Shown here piece after piece: positions 54,169-63,560 of a DNA stretch of 64,000 nucleotides; the first letter of the stretch is position 1; each line of letters begins with the position of its first letter. The translations under genes were made by a program, and so were the position numbers. The notes under the pieces were generated by a model. It searched no databases. It had not been told where the DNA came from and saw only the letters and a list, made by a program, of their open reading frames with translations. Source of the stretch: Bacillales bacterium (GTDB taxonomy: Bacteria > Bacillota_I > Bacilli_A > RF39 > UBA660). The stretch is from the NCBI GenBank assembly GCA_016290885.1, contig JAEEVN010000003.1, positions 1,115 to 65,114 of the forward strand. The letters run 5' to 3'.

Positions 54169-55091
54169 TATATTTTTAAGTATTTTCTTACTGCCCTGTT
54201 ACTACCTATCATACCAACAACGGCACCAATAATTAATAATACTATTGATATATTAAGAACAAATGGGAAAGGTTTAACTAATCTTATAAATTGTGAGAAT
54301 ATTTTTCCACCTGTTTTTTCGTATAAGAATGAATATCCATAAATTGTTGCAAGTATTGGAATTATAGAACCTAATATACCTATTATTAAACCTTCTATTG
54401 CAAAAGGTTGTTTAATAGATAAATTAGATGCACCAACCAATCTCTTTATTTCTATTTCTTCCTGTCTACTAAATATTGTTATCTTAATAGTATTAGTTAT
54501 TAAGAATGCAGTAACTATTACTAATCCTGCTACTATAACTATTAATATCTTTTTAATAATATCAAATATAGATACCATGGAATCAACCATTCCTTCACCA
54601 TATTTAACTATTTCTATACCATCGATTTTCTTTATTTTTTCTGCTGTTTTTTCGATCTTATCTAGATCTTTTACTTTAATTGAGTATGTATCACTAAGAG
54701 GATTTTCATCTTCATTCCAAGATGAGATAATGCTATTAAATGTTTCTGAAGATTCTTTCATTTCTTTAGCTACATCTTTTTTACTTGTATAAGTAATTGT
54801 ATCTATGTTAGATAATTTTTTAATTTCTTTTAATATTTTTTCTTCTTTTTCTTCATCTGCTTTATTTTCTATGAAAGCTACTATTGTAAAATCATCACTA
54901 ATTAGTTTAGTAAAGTTTTCTACATTTAATGACCCAATTATTGCTACTGAAACTAATAATAAAGTTACAGTAATACACGAAATTGAAGCTACTGATAAGC
55001 TTAAATTTCTAAATACATTTTTAAAACCATCTCTTATATTTCTTAATAATATTCTAATATTTTTCATTCTTATCGTAAGTTCCTTTCGCAT
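54168..55091 (-). CDS. ftsX: Cell division permease-like protein FtsX
   Basis: Four TM helices with a large extracellular loop after TM1, immediately downstream of ftsE. The start could be the internal ATG at 55067. Confidence 0.85.
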   Translation of the reverse strand: MRKELTIRMKNIRILLRNIRDGFKNVFRNLSLSVASISCITVTLLLVSVAIIGSLNVENFTKLISDDFTIVAFIENKADEEKEEKILKEIKKLSNIDTITYTSKKDVAKEMKESSETFNSIISSWNEDENPLSDTYSIKVKDLDKIEKTAEKIKKIDGIEIVKYGEGMVDSMVSIFDIIKKILIVIVAGLVIVTAFLITNTIKITIFSRQEEIEIKRLVGASNLSIKQPFAIEGLIIGILGSIIPILATIYGYSFLYEKTGGKIFSQFIRLVKPFPFVLNISIVLLIIGAVVGMIGSNRAVRKYLKI

Positions 55092-55752
55092 AATCTTTTT
55101 TAAGAGTTCCCTTATCTAAAAGAATAACTCTCTTCTTCATCTTATTAACAACATCTCTATCATGTGTAACAACTAATACTGTAGTACCTAAATCATTAAT
55201 AACTTCTAGTACTTTCATTATTTCAAGAGATGTATCTGGGTCTAAGTTTCCAGTAGGTTCGTCACAGATTAATAATTTTGGAGAATTTACTATAGCTCTT
55301 GCTATAGATACTCTTTGTTGTTCTCCTCCAGATAATTCACCTGGATAGCTTTTTGCTTTTTCTTTTAATCCTACCAAATCTAGTGCTTTTAGAGTTTTTG
55401 CTCTTATTTCTTCCTTAGGTAATCCATACATTTCAAGAGCAAATGCTACGTTTTCATATGCTGTTAATTTTGGTAATAATTTAAAGTCTTGGAAAACTAT
55501 ACCTAGTTTTCTTCTTAATTTATATACTTTTCTATTTCTTAATTTACCTACATTAACTCCACCTATTATTATTTCTCCTTTAGTAGGTTTTTCTTCTCTA
55601 TAAAGCATCTTTATAAGAGTAGATTTACCACTACCAGAAGCACCAATAATAAATGCAAAATCACCTTTTTTTATTTCAAGATTTAAATTATATACTGCAG
55701 TTACTCCTGTTTTATATACTTTTTCTACATTAGTAAATTTTATAAATTCCAT
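55054..55752 (-). CDS. ftsE: Cell division ATP-binding protein FtsE
   Basis: GASGSGKST, LSGGEQQRVSIARA, LICDEPTGNLD. Start moved to the ATG at 55752 (AAGGAAGGAAAG RBS). Confidence 0.9.
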   Translation of the reverse strand: MEFIKFTNVEKVYKTGVTAVYNLNLEIKKGDFAFIIGASGSGKSTLIKMLYREEKPTKGEIIIGGVNVGKLRNRKVYKLRRKLGIVFQDFKLLPKLTAYENVAFALEMYGLPKEEIRAKTLKALDLVGLKEKAKSYPGELSGGEQQRVSIARAIVNSPKLLICDEPTGNLDPDTSLEIMKVLEVINDLGTTVLVVTHDRDVVNKMKKRVILLDKGTLKKDYAKGTYDKNEKY

Positions 55753-55753
55753 A

Positions 55754-56644
55754 TTACTTTCCTTCCTTCTTTCTTCTATGTTTATTTTCACCATATACTT
55801 GATATGAATCTGTTATTGTAATAAATGCTTCTGGATCAATTGCAAGTATACCTTCTCTAGTTTTATAGAATTCTAGAGTTGGTACTACTACCATTAACAT
55901 ATCTTGTTTATTATTTGAATATCCACCGATTGAATCTAAAACTGTTACACCTTTTGATAAAGTATCTATAAGATATTCTTTTACTTCATCAACTTTATCT
56001 GTAACAACGAAGAATGTTTTATTACTAGAAATACCAAGCATTACTTTATCAGTTAATATACTAATTATATATAAATCTATTAATGCATATAAAGCAATTC
56101 TATATCCATAAACAAATGCACCACATATTATAATTGCACCATTTATAAATGCATATAATGTACCATGTGATATTTGAAGTTTTTTAGAGATAATATGAAT
56201 TATTGTATCTACTCCACCAGTACTTAAACCTGATTTACTAGATAAACCATTCGCAATACCTATTAAAACTCCACCACATATAACAACAAGCATTATGTCA
56301 TCAGTAGGTATACTAATCTTAATATTCTTAGTTAATTCAACAAATAATGGGCTTAGTACTGATCCTACTATTGAATTAATAGTAAATCTCTTTCCCATAA
56401 AGATTGCACTTAATATTAAACTAAATATACAGAAAACTAATATTGTTAAAGATGGGGTAAAGAACTTCTTTAAAAGTATTGCAATACCTCCAGTACCTCC
56501 AAGAATTAAATCTGTATTAACAAAGAACAAATTATAAGTAATTGCGTATAAAAGTACTGCAAATATTAACATAATATATCTTCTTATTAAGTCTTTGTTT
56601 TCAATTCTATTTAAAAGATTATTAATATCAATCTTTTCTTTCAT
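55754..56644 (-). CDS. YitT family membrane protein (DUF2179 C-terminal domain)
   Basis: GGTGGIAILL motif, five TM helices, and a C-terminal soluble domain. Confidence 0.75.
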   Translation of the reverse strand: MKEKIDINNLLNRIENKDLIRRYIMLIFAVLLYAITYNLFFVNTDLILGGTGGIAILLKKFFTPSLTILVFCIFSLILSAIFMGKRFTINSIVGSVLSPLFVELTKNIKISIPTDDIMLVVICGGVLIGIANGLSSKSGLSTGGVDTIIHIISKKLQISHGTLYAFINGAIIICGAFVYGYRIALYALIDLYIISILTDKVMLGISSNKTFFVVTDKVDEVKEYLIDTLSKGVTVLDSIGGYSNNKQDMLMVVVPTLEFYKTREGILAIDPEAFITITDSYQVYGENKHRRKKEGK

Positions 56645-56645
56645 A

Positions 56646-57717
56646 TTATTCCCCTTTCTTTAGATATTCTTCTATAAATTCATCTATATAACCATCCAAT
56701 ACTTTATTAACATCTACTTTTTCATAATTTGTTCTATGATCTTTTACTAAAGTATATGGACACATTATATAACTTCTTATTTGTGAACCAAAGTTAATAT
56801 CACTTTGTGTTCCTAATTCTTTTTCTTTTTCTATTCTTTTTTTCTCTTCTTCTAAGGCAATTAATTTACCTTTTAATACTTTTAATGCTATTTCTTTATT
56901 TTTTAATTGACTTCTTTCATTTTGACAAGTAACTACTATTCCAGTAGGAATATGAGTAATTCTAACAGCACTATCTGTTGTATTTACTCCTTGTCCTCCA
57001 GCTCCTGTAGATCTATATACATCTATTCTTAAATCTGATTCTTTAATCTCAATATTTATTGAATCATCAAGTTCAGGTGTTACTTCTACTGAAGCAAAAG
57101 ATGTATGTCTTCTTTTATTTGAATCAAATGGTGAAATTCTAACTAAGCGGTGAACTCCTCTTTCTCCTTTTAAATAACCATATGCATTTAATCCTTTAAC
57201 TAATATAGTCACTTTTTTTAATCCTGCTTCTTCGCCAGGAAGTTCATCTATAACTTCTACTTTATAATTATTTCTTTCTGCATATCTTTCATACATTCTA
57301 AGTAACATTGATACCCAGTCACAAGCTTCAGTACCACCTGCTCCTGAATGAAGTTCTAAGAATGCATTGTTTGAATCATACTCCCCAGACAACTTAGTTT
57401 CTAGCTCTAATCTATCAACATCTTTAGATAACTCTTCTAGTGTATCATGTATATCTTCTTTATATGATTCATCTATTTCTATTAATTCTTTATATGCTTG
57501 TAATTCTTCTTTAATTCTTTCAATCTCTGAAATAGATTTTTTTAAATCTCCAAGTTTTTTAACTATATCATTAGAGTCTTCTCTACTCCAAAAATTATCA
57601 CTTATTGTTTCTTTTTCTAGTTTTTCTATTTCGATTTTCTTTGAATCGACGTCAAAGTAACCTCCATATTGTATCTACCTTAAGTAATAATTCTTCTAGA
57701 ATTTTATTTTCTACCAT
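56646..57717 (-). CDS. prfB: Peptide chain release factor 2 with programmed +1 frameshift; join(57717..57655, 57653..56646)
   Basis: Frame 0 reads MVENKILEELLLKVDTIWRLL, then TGA. The +1 frame continues DVDSKKIEIEKLE...SPF...GGQGVNTTDSAVRITH (SPF and GGQ motifs). The ORF-track start at 57392 is an artefact. Confidence 0.9.
57651..57665 (-). promoter_or_regulatory. RF2 autoregulatory frameshift site
   Basis: Minus strand reads GGAGG-TTA-CTT-TGA-C, an internal Shine-Dalgarno 3 nt upstream of the slippery CTT TGA C. Confidence 0.85.
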
Positions 57718-57781
57718 ATTATTCACCATAAAAAATTATAACACATTTTAGCAATAAAAAAAAGAGACGATTTGTCTCTTT

Positions 57782-58672
57782 TTAAAATTCTATTAATTCA
57801 TAGTCAGTAGAACCAAGTCCTAATTCTTCTGCATATTCGGTTATATGTCTACCTAGTCTTGAATCTATTCTTTCTTTAATATCAGGGGTACCTTTTTCAT
57901 TAGTTTTCCATATAGCATCAAGGAATGCTTGATCATTTGCTACTGGATCAAGTGATGCAAATATACCTATATCATTAATTACTGGATCATCTTGATCGGA
58001 GGCGCAATCACAAAGTAAACTAATATCATTTGCTACAGTTATATATACTATTTGTCTATTTGTTTCTTTTATATAGTCACTAACTGCATTAGCAGCTTCT
58101 GCCATAGATTCAATAAAATCTTTTTGTTCTATCTTAGTTAACCAACATAATCTTGGACTTTTTGTTTTTCCACAGGAATGTATATATGCTTTACCATTTC
58201 TTGAGGCAAAACCAATTGATTGATTCTTTAAATTAGCACCAAATCCACCTGCAATATGCCCTTTCCCGTGAGCTAAATTAACAAACGAATCATAATGTTC
58301 AAATCCTTTACCTATTAAATCAAATTTAAGATGTTTCCCTTTATTAACAGGTATCTTAAATTCCCCAATACCATCCATTATTTCAATACCTTGTCCCATA
58401 TCAACAAATCCATGTTCTTTAGCTACTTTCATATGATCTATAGCGTTATTTCTTTCTCCTGGATATGCAGTATTACACTCTATAATAGTCCCATTTAATT
58501 TTTCTACAAATGGTTTTATTAATTTTGCTTTTAAATATCCTTTAGATCCTGCTTCTCCTGTGGAAACTTTGATACCAATGTTTCCTTTTAATTCTACCCC
58601 TAGTTTTTCATAGATTTCTATTAATTTTTCTGGAGTTATCTCCTTAGTAAAATATACTATACTTTTTTCCAT
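57782..58672 (-). CDS. DUF362 domain protein
   Basis: VYFTKEITPEKLIEIYEKLG...IKVSTGEAG...ECNTAY...AHGKGHIAGGFGANLKNQSIG parallels DUF362 family members (from memory). Confidence 0.6.
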   Translation of the reverse strand: MEKSIVYFTKEITPEKLIEIYEKLGVELKGNIGIKVSTGEAGSKGYLKAKLIKPFVEKLNGTIIECNTAYPGERNNAIDHMKVAKEHGFVDMGQGIEIMDGIGEFKIPVNKGKHLKFDLIGKGFEHYDSFVNLAHGKGHIAGGFGANLKNQSIGFASRNGKAYIHSCGKTKSPRLCWLTKIEQKDFIESMAEAANAVSDYIKETNRQIVYITVANDISLLCDCASDQDDPVINDIGIFASLDPVANDQAFLDAIWKTNEKGTPDIKERIDSRLGRHITEYAEELGLGSTDYELIEF

Positions 58673-58727
58673 ATTATCACCTAATTAAATTATAACATAA
58701 AAAAAGAGACTAATGTCTCATTTTTTA

Positions 58728-59096
58728 TTAAGCTAATTCTACAGTAGCTCCAAGTTCTTCTAATTGTTTTTTGATATCTTCTGCTTCTTCTTTAGAAATA
58801 TTTTCTTTAACAGCACCGCCGTTATCAGCTATATCTTTAGCTTCTTTTAATCCTAAACCAGTTATATCTCTGATTAATTTGATTACTGGGATTTTTTGTC
58901 CACCAGCTGAAGTTAAGTTAACTGTAACTGTAGATGGTTCATCTGATCCAGCACCAGCAGCAGGAGCTGCAGCTACTGCAACAGCAGTAGGATCAATACC
59001 ATATTCTTCTTTCATAGCGTCTACTAATTCTTTAATTTCTAATAAACTCATTTCGTTTAAAGCAGCGATAAAATCTTTAGCGTTTAATTTAGCCAT
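58728..59096 (-). CDS. rplL: 50S ribosomal protein L7/L12
   Basis: Ala-rich hinge and KLIRDITGLGLKEAKD. Confidence 0.95.
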   Translation of the reverse strand: MAKLNAKDFIAALNEMSLLEIKELVDAMKEEYGIDPTAVAVAAAPAAGAGSDEPSTVTVNLTSAGGQKIPVIKLIRDITGLGLKEAKDIADNGGAVKENISKEEAEDIKKQLEELGATVELA

Positions 59097-59118
59097 ATTA
59101 TTTTCTCCTCCTATTTTC

Positions 59119-59616
59119 TTATTTACTTTCTTCTTTTTGTTCGCTAAGTAAATTTAAAGCGATTGATAAATCTTTGACTGTACCAATAAGTCCAGTAGCA
59201 AGCATAGTAAGTAATCCTTCTCTTGATGGTAGAGCTGCTAACTTCTTGATAGTTTCAAGATCTGTAACTTCTCCATCAACGATTCCTCCCTTTATTTCAA
59301 GTGCTTTATGATCTTTTGCAAAATCACTAAGTGTCTTGATTGGAGCAACTGAATCATTTGAATATGCCATAGCACTAGGACCTTCTAGGCAATCGTCAAG
59401 ATTGTAGTTTAGACTATCTAATGCTCTTTTTGTTAAAGTGTTCTTCCAAACTTTATACTTAGCACCATTATCTCTAAGAGCTTTTCTAAGTTCAGCAGTT
59501 TCTTCAGCAGTAAGACCACGATAATCAAACAAGATAAATGAAGCTGATGATTTAGCAACTTCAGCGATTTCATCAATTACTGTTTGCTTTGCTTCAAGTA
59601 TTTTTACGTTTGCCAC
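59119..59616 (-). CDS. rplJ: 50S ribosomal protein L10
   Basis: DYRGLTAEETAELRKALR...VWKNTL. A GTG start at 59616, 4 nt after AAGGAGGAAA, is preferred over the ORF-track ATG. Confidence 0.9.
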   Translation of the reverse strand: MANVKILEAKQTVIDEIAEVAKSSASFILFDYRGLTAEETAELRKALRDNGAKYKVWKNTLTKRALDSLNYNLDDCLEGPSAMAYSNDSVAPIKTLSDFAKDHKALEIKGGIVDGEVTDLETIKKLAALPSREGLLTMLATGLIGTVKDLSIALNLLSEQKEESK

Positions 59617-59639
59617 TTGCTTTCCTCCTTGCTTATTTA

Positions 59640-59760
59640 TATTAAAAAAGTCTTTGCGAAACGGCAAAGACTTATATTTTATAAGTATAAGATTTTGCCC
59701 TCGGTAAGAAATTAAGTTCTAAGAACACTTACTGTCTTCGGTTCAAACTTTTTTAATAAC
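59640..59760 (-). promoter_or_regulatory. rplJ 5' leader with attenuator-type terminator (L10-leader-like)
   Basis: Minus strand contains CCGAAGACAGTAAG...CTTACCGAGGGC pairing, then the AAGTCTTTGC-cgtttc-GCAAAGACTT hairpin with a T-run (59644-59672) just upstream of the RBS. Confidence 0.5.
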
Positions 59761-59783
59761 GTAATTATTATAATAAACTAATA

Positions 59784-60482
59784 TTAGTTTGTCAATGTAT
59801 TTAGGTCAATTTTTATTCCAGGCCCCATTGTTGAAGATACTGAAACATTTTTAATAAATTGTCCTTTAACTGTAGTTGGTTTAGATTTGATAATTACATT
59901 CATGAATACATCTAAGTTTTCTACTAACTTAGCAGCATCAAATGATACTTTACCAATGATAGCATGTACATTACCATAACTATCTGTTCTAAATTCAATT
60001 CTACCTTTTTTAACATCTTCGATTGCTTTAGCAACGTCAGTTGTTACAGTACCAGTTTTAGGATTTGGCATTAAACCTCTAGGTCCTAATAACTTACCGA
60101 TTTTACCTAGTAAAGGCATCATTTCTGGAGTAGCTATAATAACATCGAAATCTAACCAGTTTTCTTTAGCTATCTTATCGATTAAATCTTCTCCTCCAAC
60201 AAATTCAGCACCTGCATCTTTAGCAGCTTTACTTTGTGCATCGTTCTTAGTTAATACTAATACTCTTTTAGCTTTACCAGTTCCATTTGGAAGAACTAAA
60301 GCTCCTCTAACTTGTTGATCAGTTTTTTTAGTATCTACGTTTAATCTTACTGCTATTTCAACAGAACCATCAAAATTAGAAGTACTAGTCTTTTGAACTA
60401 ATTCTATAGCTTCTTGTTTAGTATAAGCATGATGCTTTTCTACTAATTCCATAGCTTTTATATATTTTTTACCTTTCTTCAT
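59784..60482 (-). CDS. rplA: 50S ribosomal protein L1
   Basis: KFDGSVEIAVRLNVD and GPRGLMPNPKTGTVT. Confidence 0.95.
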   Translation of the reverse strand: MKKGKKYIKAMELVEKHHAYTKQEAIELVQKTSTSNFDGSVEIAVRLNVDTKKTDQQVRGALVLPNGTGKAKRVLVLTKNDAQSKAAKDAGAEFVGGEDLIDKIAKENWLDFDVIIATPEMMPLLGKIGKLLGPRGLMPNPKTGTVTTDVAKAIEDVKKGRIEFRTDSYGNVHAIIGKVSFDAAKLVENLDVFMNVIIKSKPTTVKGQFIKNVSVSSTMGPGIKIDLNTLTN

Positions 60483-60527
60483 ATTTACCTCCTTGTGGTA
60501 TTAACGATTTCTCTCCCACTTATTTTA

Positions 60528-60953
60528 TTAATCTTTAATTTCGATACCCATGTTTTTAGCAGTACCTTCAATTATCTTCATAGCAGCATCGATGTCATAA
60601 GCATTTAAATCTTCCATCTTAGTTTCTGCTATTTGACGTAATTGATCTCTAGTTATAGATCCAGCAATATCTTTAGATCCAGTAGCTGATGCTTTTTTAA
60701 CATTAGCAGCTTTCTTGATTAAGAATGCAGCTGGTGAAGTCTTAACTTTGAAATCAAATGATCTATCATCATAGATGTATACTTCTACAGGAACGATATC
60801 TCCCATTTTATCTTTTGTAGCATCATTAAATCTTGTACAAAAGTCTGGAAGAGCTATACCGAATGGTCCTAAAGCAGTTCCAACTGGTGGAGCAGCTGTA
60901 GCTTTTCCTGCAGGTATTTGAAGTTTTACCTTATTTAATAATTCCTTTGCCAC
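60528..60953 (-). CDS. rplK: 50S ribosomal protein L11
   Basis: KLQIPAGKATAAPPVGTALGP. A GTG at 60953, 9 nt after AGGAGG, is preferred; the ORF-track GTG abuts the RBS. Confidence 0.95.
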   Translation of the reverse strand: MAKELLNKVKLQIPAGKATAAPPVGTALGPFGIALPDFCTRFNDATKDKMGDIVPVEVYIYDDRSFDFKVKTSPAAFLIKKAANVKKASATGSKDIAGSITRDQLRQIAETKMEDLNAYDIDAAMKIIEGTAKNMGIEIKD

Positions 60954-61079
60954 GAAAAACACCTCCTATTAAAATTTTTTCGCGAGTGGTACAAATGACT
61001 ATATGCCTCCCACTTCATCTATATATAAAATACATAGTTGCCAATATAATATACCATTATTTTAATGGTTTTGCAATAA

Positions 61080-61619
61080 CTATTTATCAAGTTCTATTTG
61101 AGTTAACTCTGCTTCTACAGTAGTTTCTTGTCCAAATAGATCGATTGATAATTTAGCCATATTATTTTCTTTATCTATCTCTATTACTTTACCAGTCATT
61201 AACTTGAATGGACCATCGATAAGTTTAATCTTATCTCCTTCTTTTAAGTCAACTACAACTGGCTTATCAGTAACACCAATAGTCTTAAGAATATTATCTA
61301 CTTCATGCTTATATAATGGGAATGGTTTAGCTCCTTTACCAGATGATCCAAGGAAACCTGTAACACCTGGAGTATTTCTAACCACATACCATGCTTCATC
61401 AGTCATAATCATTTCTACAAGTACATAACCTGGAAATAATTTTTTAACTTTTTCCTTTTTAACACCATCTTTTATTTCGATTTCAGTCTTTTCAGGAACG
61501 ATTACTCTAAATATATAATCTTGCATGTTCATAGATTGAATACGCATATCTAATTTTTCTTTAACTTTATTCTCATGTCCAGAATAAGTATTAACTACAT
61601 ACCATTGTTTTTCTTCCAT
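61080..61619 (-). CDS. nusG: Transcription termination/antitermination factor NusG
   Basis: WYVVNTYSGHENKV, and the C-terminal KOW region GDKIKLIDGPFKLMTGKV. Start moved to the ATG at 61619. Confidence 0.95.
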   Translation of the reverse strand: MEEKQWYVVNTYSGHENKVKEKLDMRIQSMNMQDYIFRVIVPEKTEIEIKDGVKKEKVKKLFPGYVLVEMIMTDEAWYVVRNTPGVTGFLGSSGKGAKPFPLYKHEVDNILKTIGVTDKPVVVDLKEGDKIKLIDGPFKLMTGKVIEIDKENNMAKLSIDLFGQETTVEAELTQIELDK

Positions 61620-61621
61620 AA

Positions 61622-61834
61622 TTAAAACCACCCTTTAATAGCGTCTACTATAGATTTAAAATCAATCATTTTAACTAGAACAACGATATATTGGATTAAC
61701 ATAAAGAATAATGCAAAGAATATTATTGTTACAATTGTAATTAAAACATTCTTCCATAGTTCTTTACCTTTACACCATCTTATTCTTTTAATTTCTGATT
61801 TCATATCAGAGAAAAAATCTTTAACTTTTTCCAT
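61622..61834 (-). CDS. secE: Preprotein translocase subunit SecE
   Basis: SEIKRIRWCKGKELWKNVLITIVTIIFFALFFMLI. Start moved to the ATG at 61834 (AAAGGTGAAAG RBS). Synteny with nusG. Confidence 0.8.
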   Translation of the reverse strand: MEKVKDFFSDMKSEIKRIRWCKGKELWKNVLITIVTIIFFALFFMLIQYIVVLVKMIDFKSIVDAIKGWF

Positions 61835-61938
61835 ACTTTCACCTTTTATTTCAAAATAAAAAACACTTTTCTCGTGCTTCTGCATATAATTTAACATAAA
61901 TTATATGTTTAGTCAATAGAAATAAGTGTTTTTTTACT

Positions 61939-63552
61939 TTAATTTATCATATCTATAAATTCATCTAAAGTAGTTGAATCATATATGTGATATCTAGGTA
62001 TTTTATACTTGTGATCATCTCTACTAGCTTTATATCCTCCACCAGTGAATGCTACCTTATATCCCATTTCTTGTAAAGCTTCAATAACTTTGTCATTATA
62101 TACATACATTGGATAACAGAAAGCATTATCTGTACCAATTTCATATTTAGATGTAGCTAAATCTGCTTTTATTTCTTCTTTTGAAGAACAAAGTAGTTTA
62201 GATCCTCTTTCTTCAGTAGAACAGTATCCACCTTCATGCATATTATATGTATGAGATTCAACATCTAGATTAGGCGATATATAGTTTTGATATTTATGCC
62301 ATCCTGCTATTAAGAATAATGTTGCATGTAGATCATATTTTTCAAGTAATGGCATTAATTTATTACCATTATCTAATCCTGTACCCATAGCACCATCATC
62401 TACTGTAAGAAGAACGCTTCTATTAGGTAGTTCTATTTCTCCATACATCCATTTAATAAATTCATCCATTGTAAGAGTTTTCCACCCATTTTCTTTTAAA
62501 TAGTATAATTCTTGTTCAAAATCTTTTACATCCATACAATTGCCTTCTCCACAGTATTCTCCTAGAGATGAATCATAGAAGAAATGGTAATTAAGTACTG
62601 CTATAGATGTAGCATTACCTTCTTCACTTCTTATGGTGTGACCATAATACTGATTAGTTAAATCAATAGATACAATTGGTTCTCCATCAAGTATTTTCTT
62701 TAATGTTTCAGTATTAGTATTAGCATTTATTTTATACATAGATACACCACTTGTAGAACCTTTTTTACAACTTGCATTATCACTTCTATAAGCATAGTCT
62801 CCATAATTCTTTTCTACATATATACCATATTCTTTTGCTTTATTAATAACTGCATCATTATTAGATAATACAAGTATTGCTCTATTGTTAAGATTAATAT
62901 TATCATTAAACCATAAAGTAAAATCTTCTATAGTTATACCAAAATAACCATCTTCTTTTAAATATTTAAATTGTGCATCCATATTATCATTAGCATCTTC
63001 ATAATATAATACACTCACATATTCTTTTTTTATTAATTTAATTGGTTTTACTTCTTTTACATCATCTTTTTTAACACCATATAGATTATTTAATAATTTA
63101 AAATAATAATAGTTATCATCCTTAGAAATTACTTCATATGTATTACCTTTATTAAGTTTTATATTAGCTTTATCTTTAATATATAACTTAGTATTATCTT
63201 TTAAAGTAATATTTTCTCCAATAGAAACATAATAATCTTTTATATTATTATCTTGTTTCTTTGTTTTTTTAACATCAGAATAATAAATATAATATTCAGA
63301 ATCTTTTATTTTATAATATTTTCCATTTTTATATTTATCTAATTCAAAATAAGAATTTTTATATATTTTACCTATACTTTTATTTTTAGAATCATATAAA
63401 TTTGTATCTTTAGTTATTAATACATATTTGCTATAGTTCTCTTTAGCTTTATTTCCATTTAAGAATATAACTGCTAAAAAAACTAATATTAATACAAATA
63501 TTATTCCTAATAACACTTTGGTTAAATTCTTTTTATTAATTCTTCTCTTCAT
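61939..63552 (-). CDS. Membrane-anchored polysaccharide deacetylase (NodB/CE4 family)
   Basis: N-terminal TM. The C-terminal half has LLTVDDGAMG (TFDDG-type motif), ATLFLIAGW and ESHTYNMH. Confidence 0.7.
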   Translation of the reverse strand: MKRRINKKNLTKVLLGIIFVLILVFLAVIFLNGNKAKENYSKYVLITKDTNLYDSKNKSIGKIYKNSYFELDKYKNGKYYKIKDSEYYIYYSDVKKTKKQDNNIKDYYVSIGENITLKDNTKLYIKDKANIKLNKGNTYEVISKDDNYYYFKLLNNLYGVKKDDVKEVKPIKLIKKEYVSVLYYEDANDNMDAQFKYLKEDGYFGITIEDFTLWFNDNINLNNRAILVLSNNDAVINKAKEYGIYVEKNYGDYAYRSDNASCKKGSTSGVSMYKINANTNTETLKKILDGEPIVSIDLTNQYYGHTIRSEEGNATSIAVLNYHFFYDSSLGEYCGEGNCMDVKDFEQELYYLKENGWKTLTMDEFIKWMYGEIELPNRSVLLTVDDGAMGTGLDNGNKLMPLLEKYDLHATLFLIAGWHKYQNYISPNLDVESHTYNMHEGGYCSTEERGSKLLCSSKEEIKADLATSKYEIGTDNAFCYPMYVYNDKVIEALQEMGYKVAFTGGGYKASRDDHKYKIPRYHIYDSTTLDEFIDMIN

Positions 63553-63560
63553 ATTACCTC

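Noticed and set aside
56646-57392. ORF-track start of prfB at a TTG
   Set aside because: It is an artefact of the programmed frameshift. The frame is open for 260 nt further upstream without a start codon.
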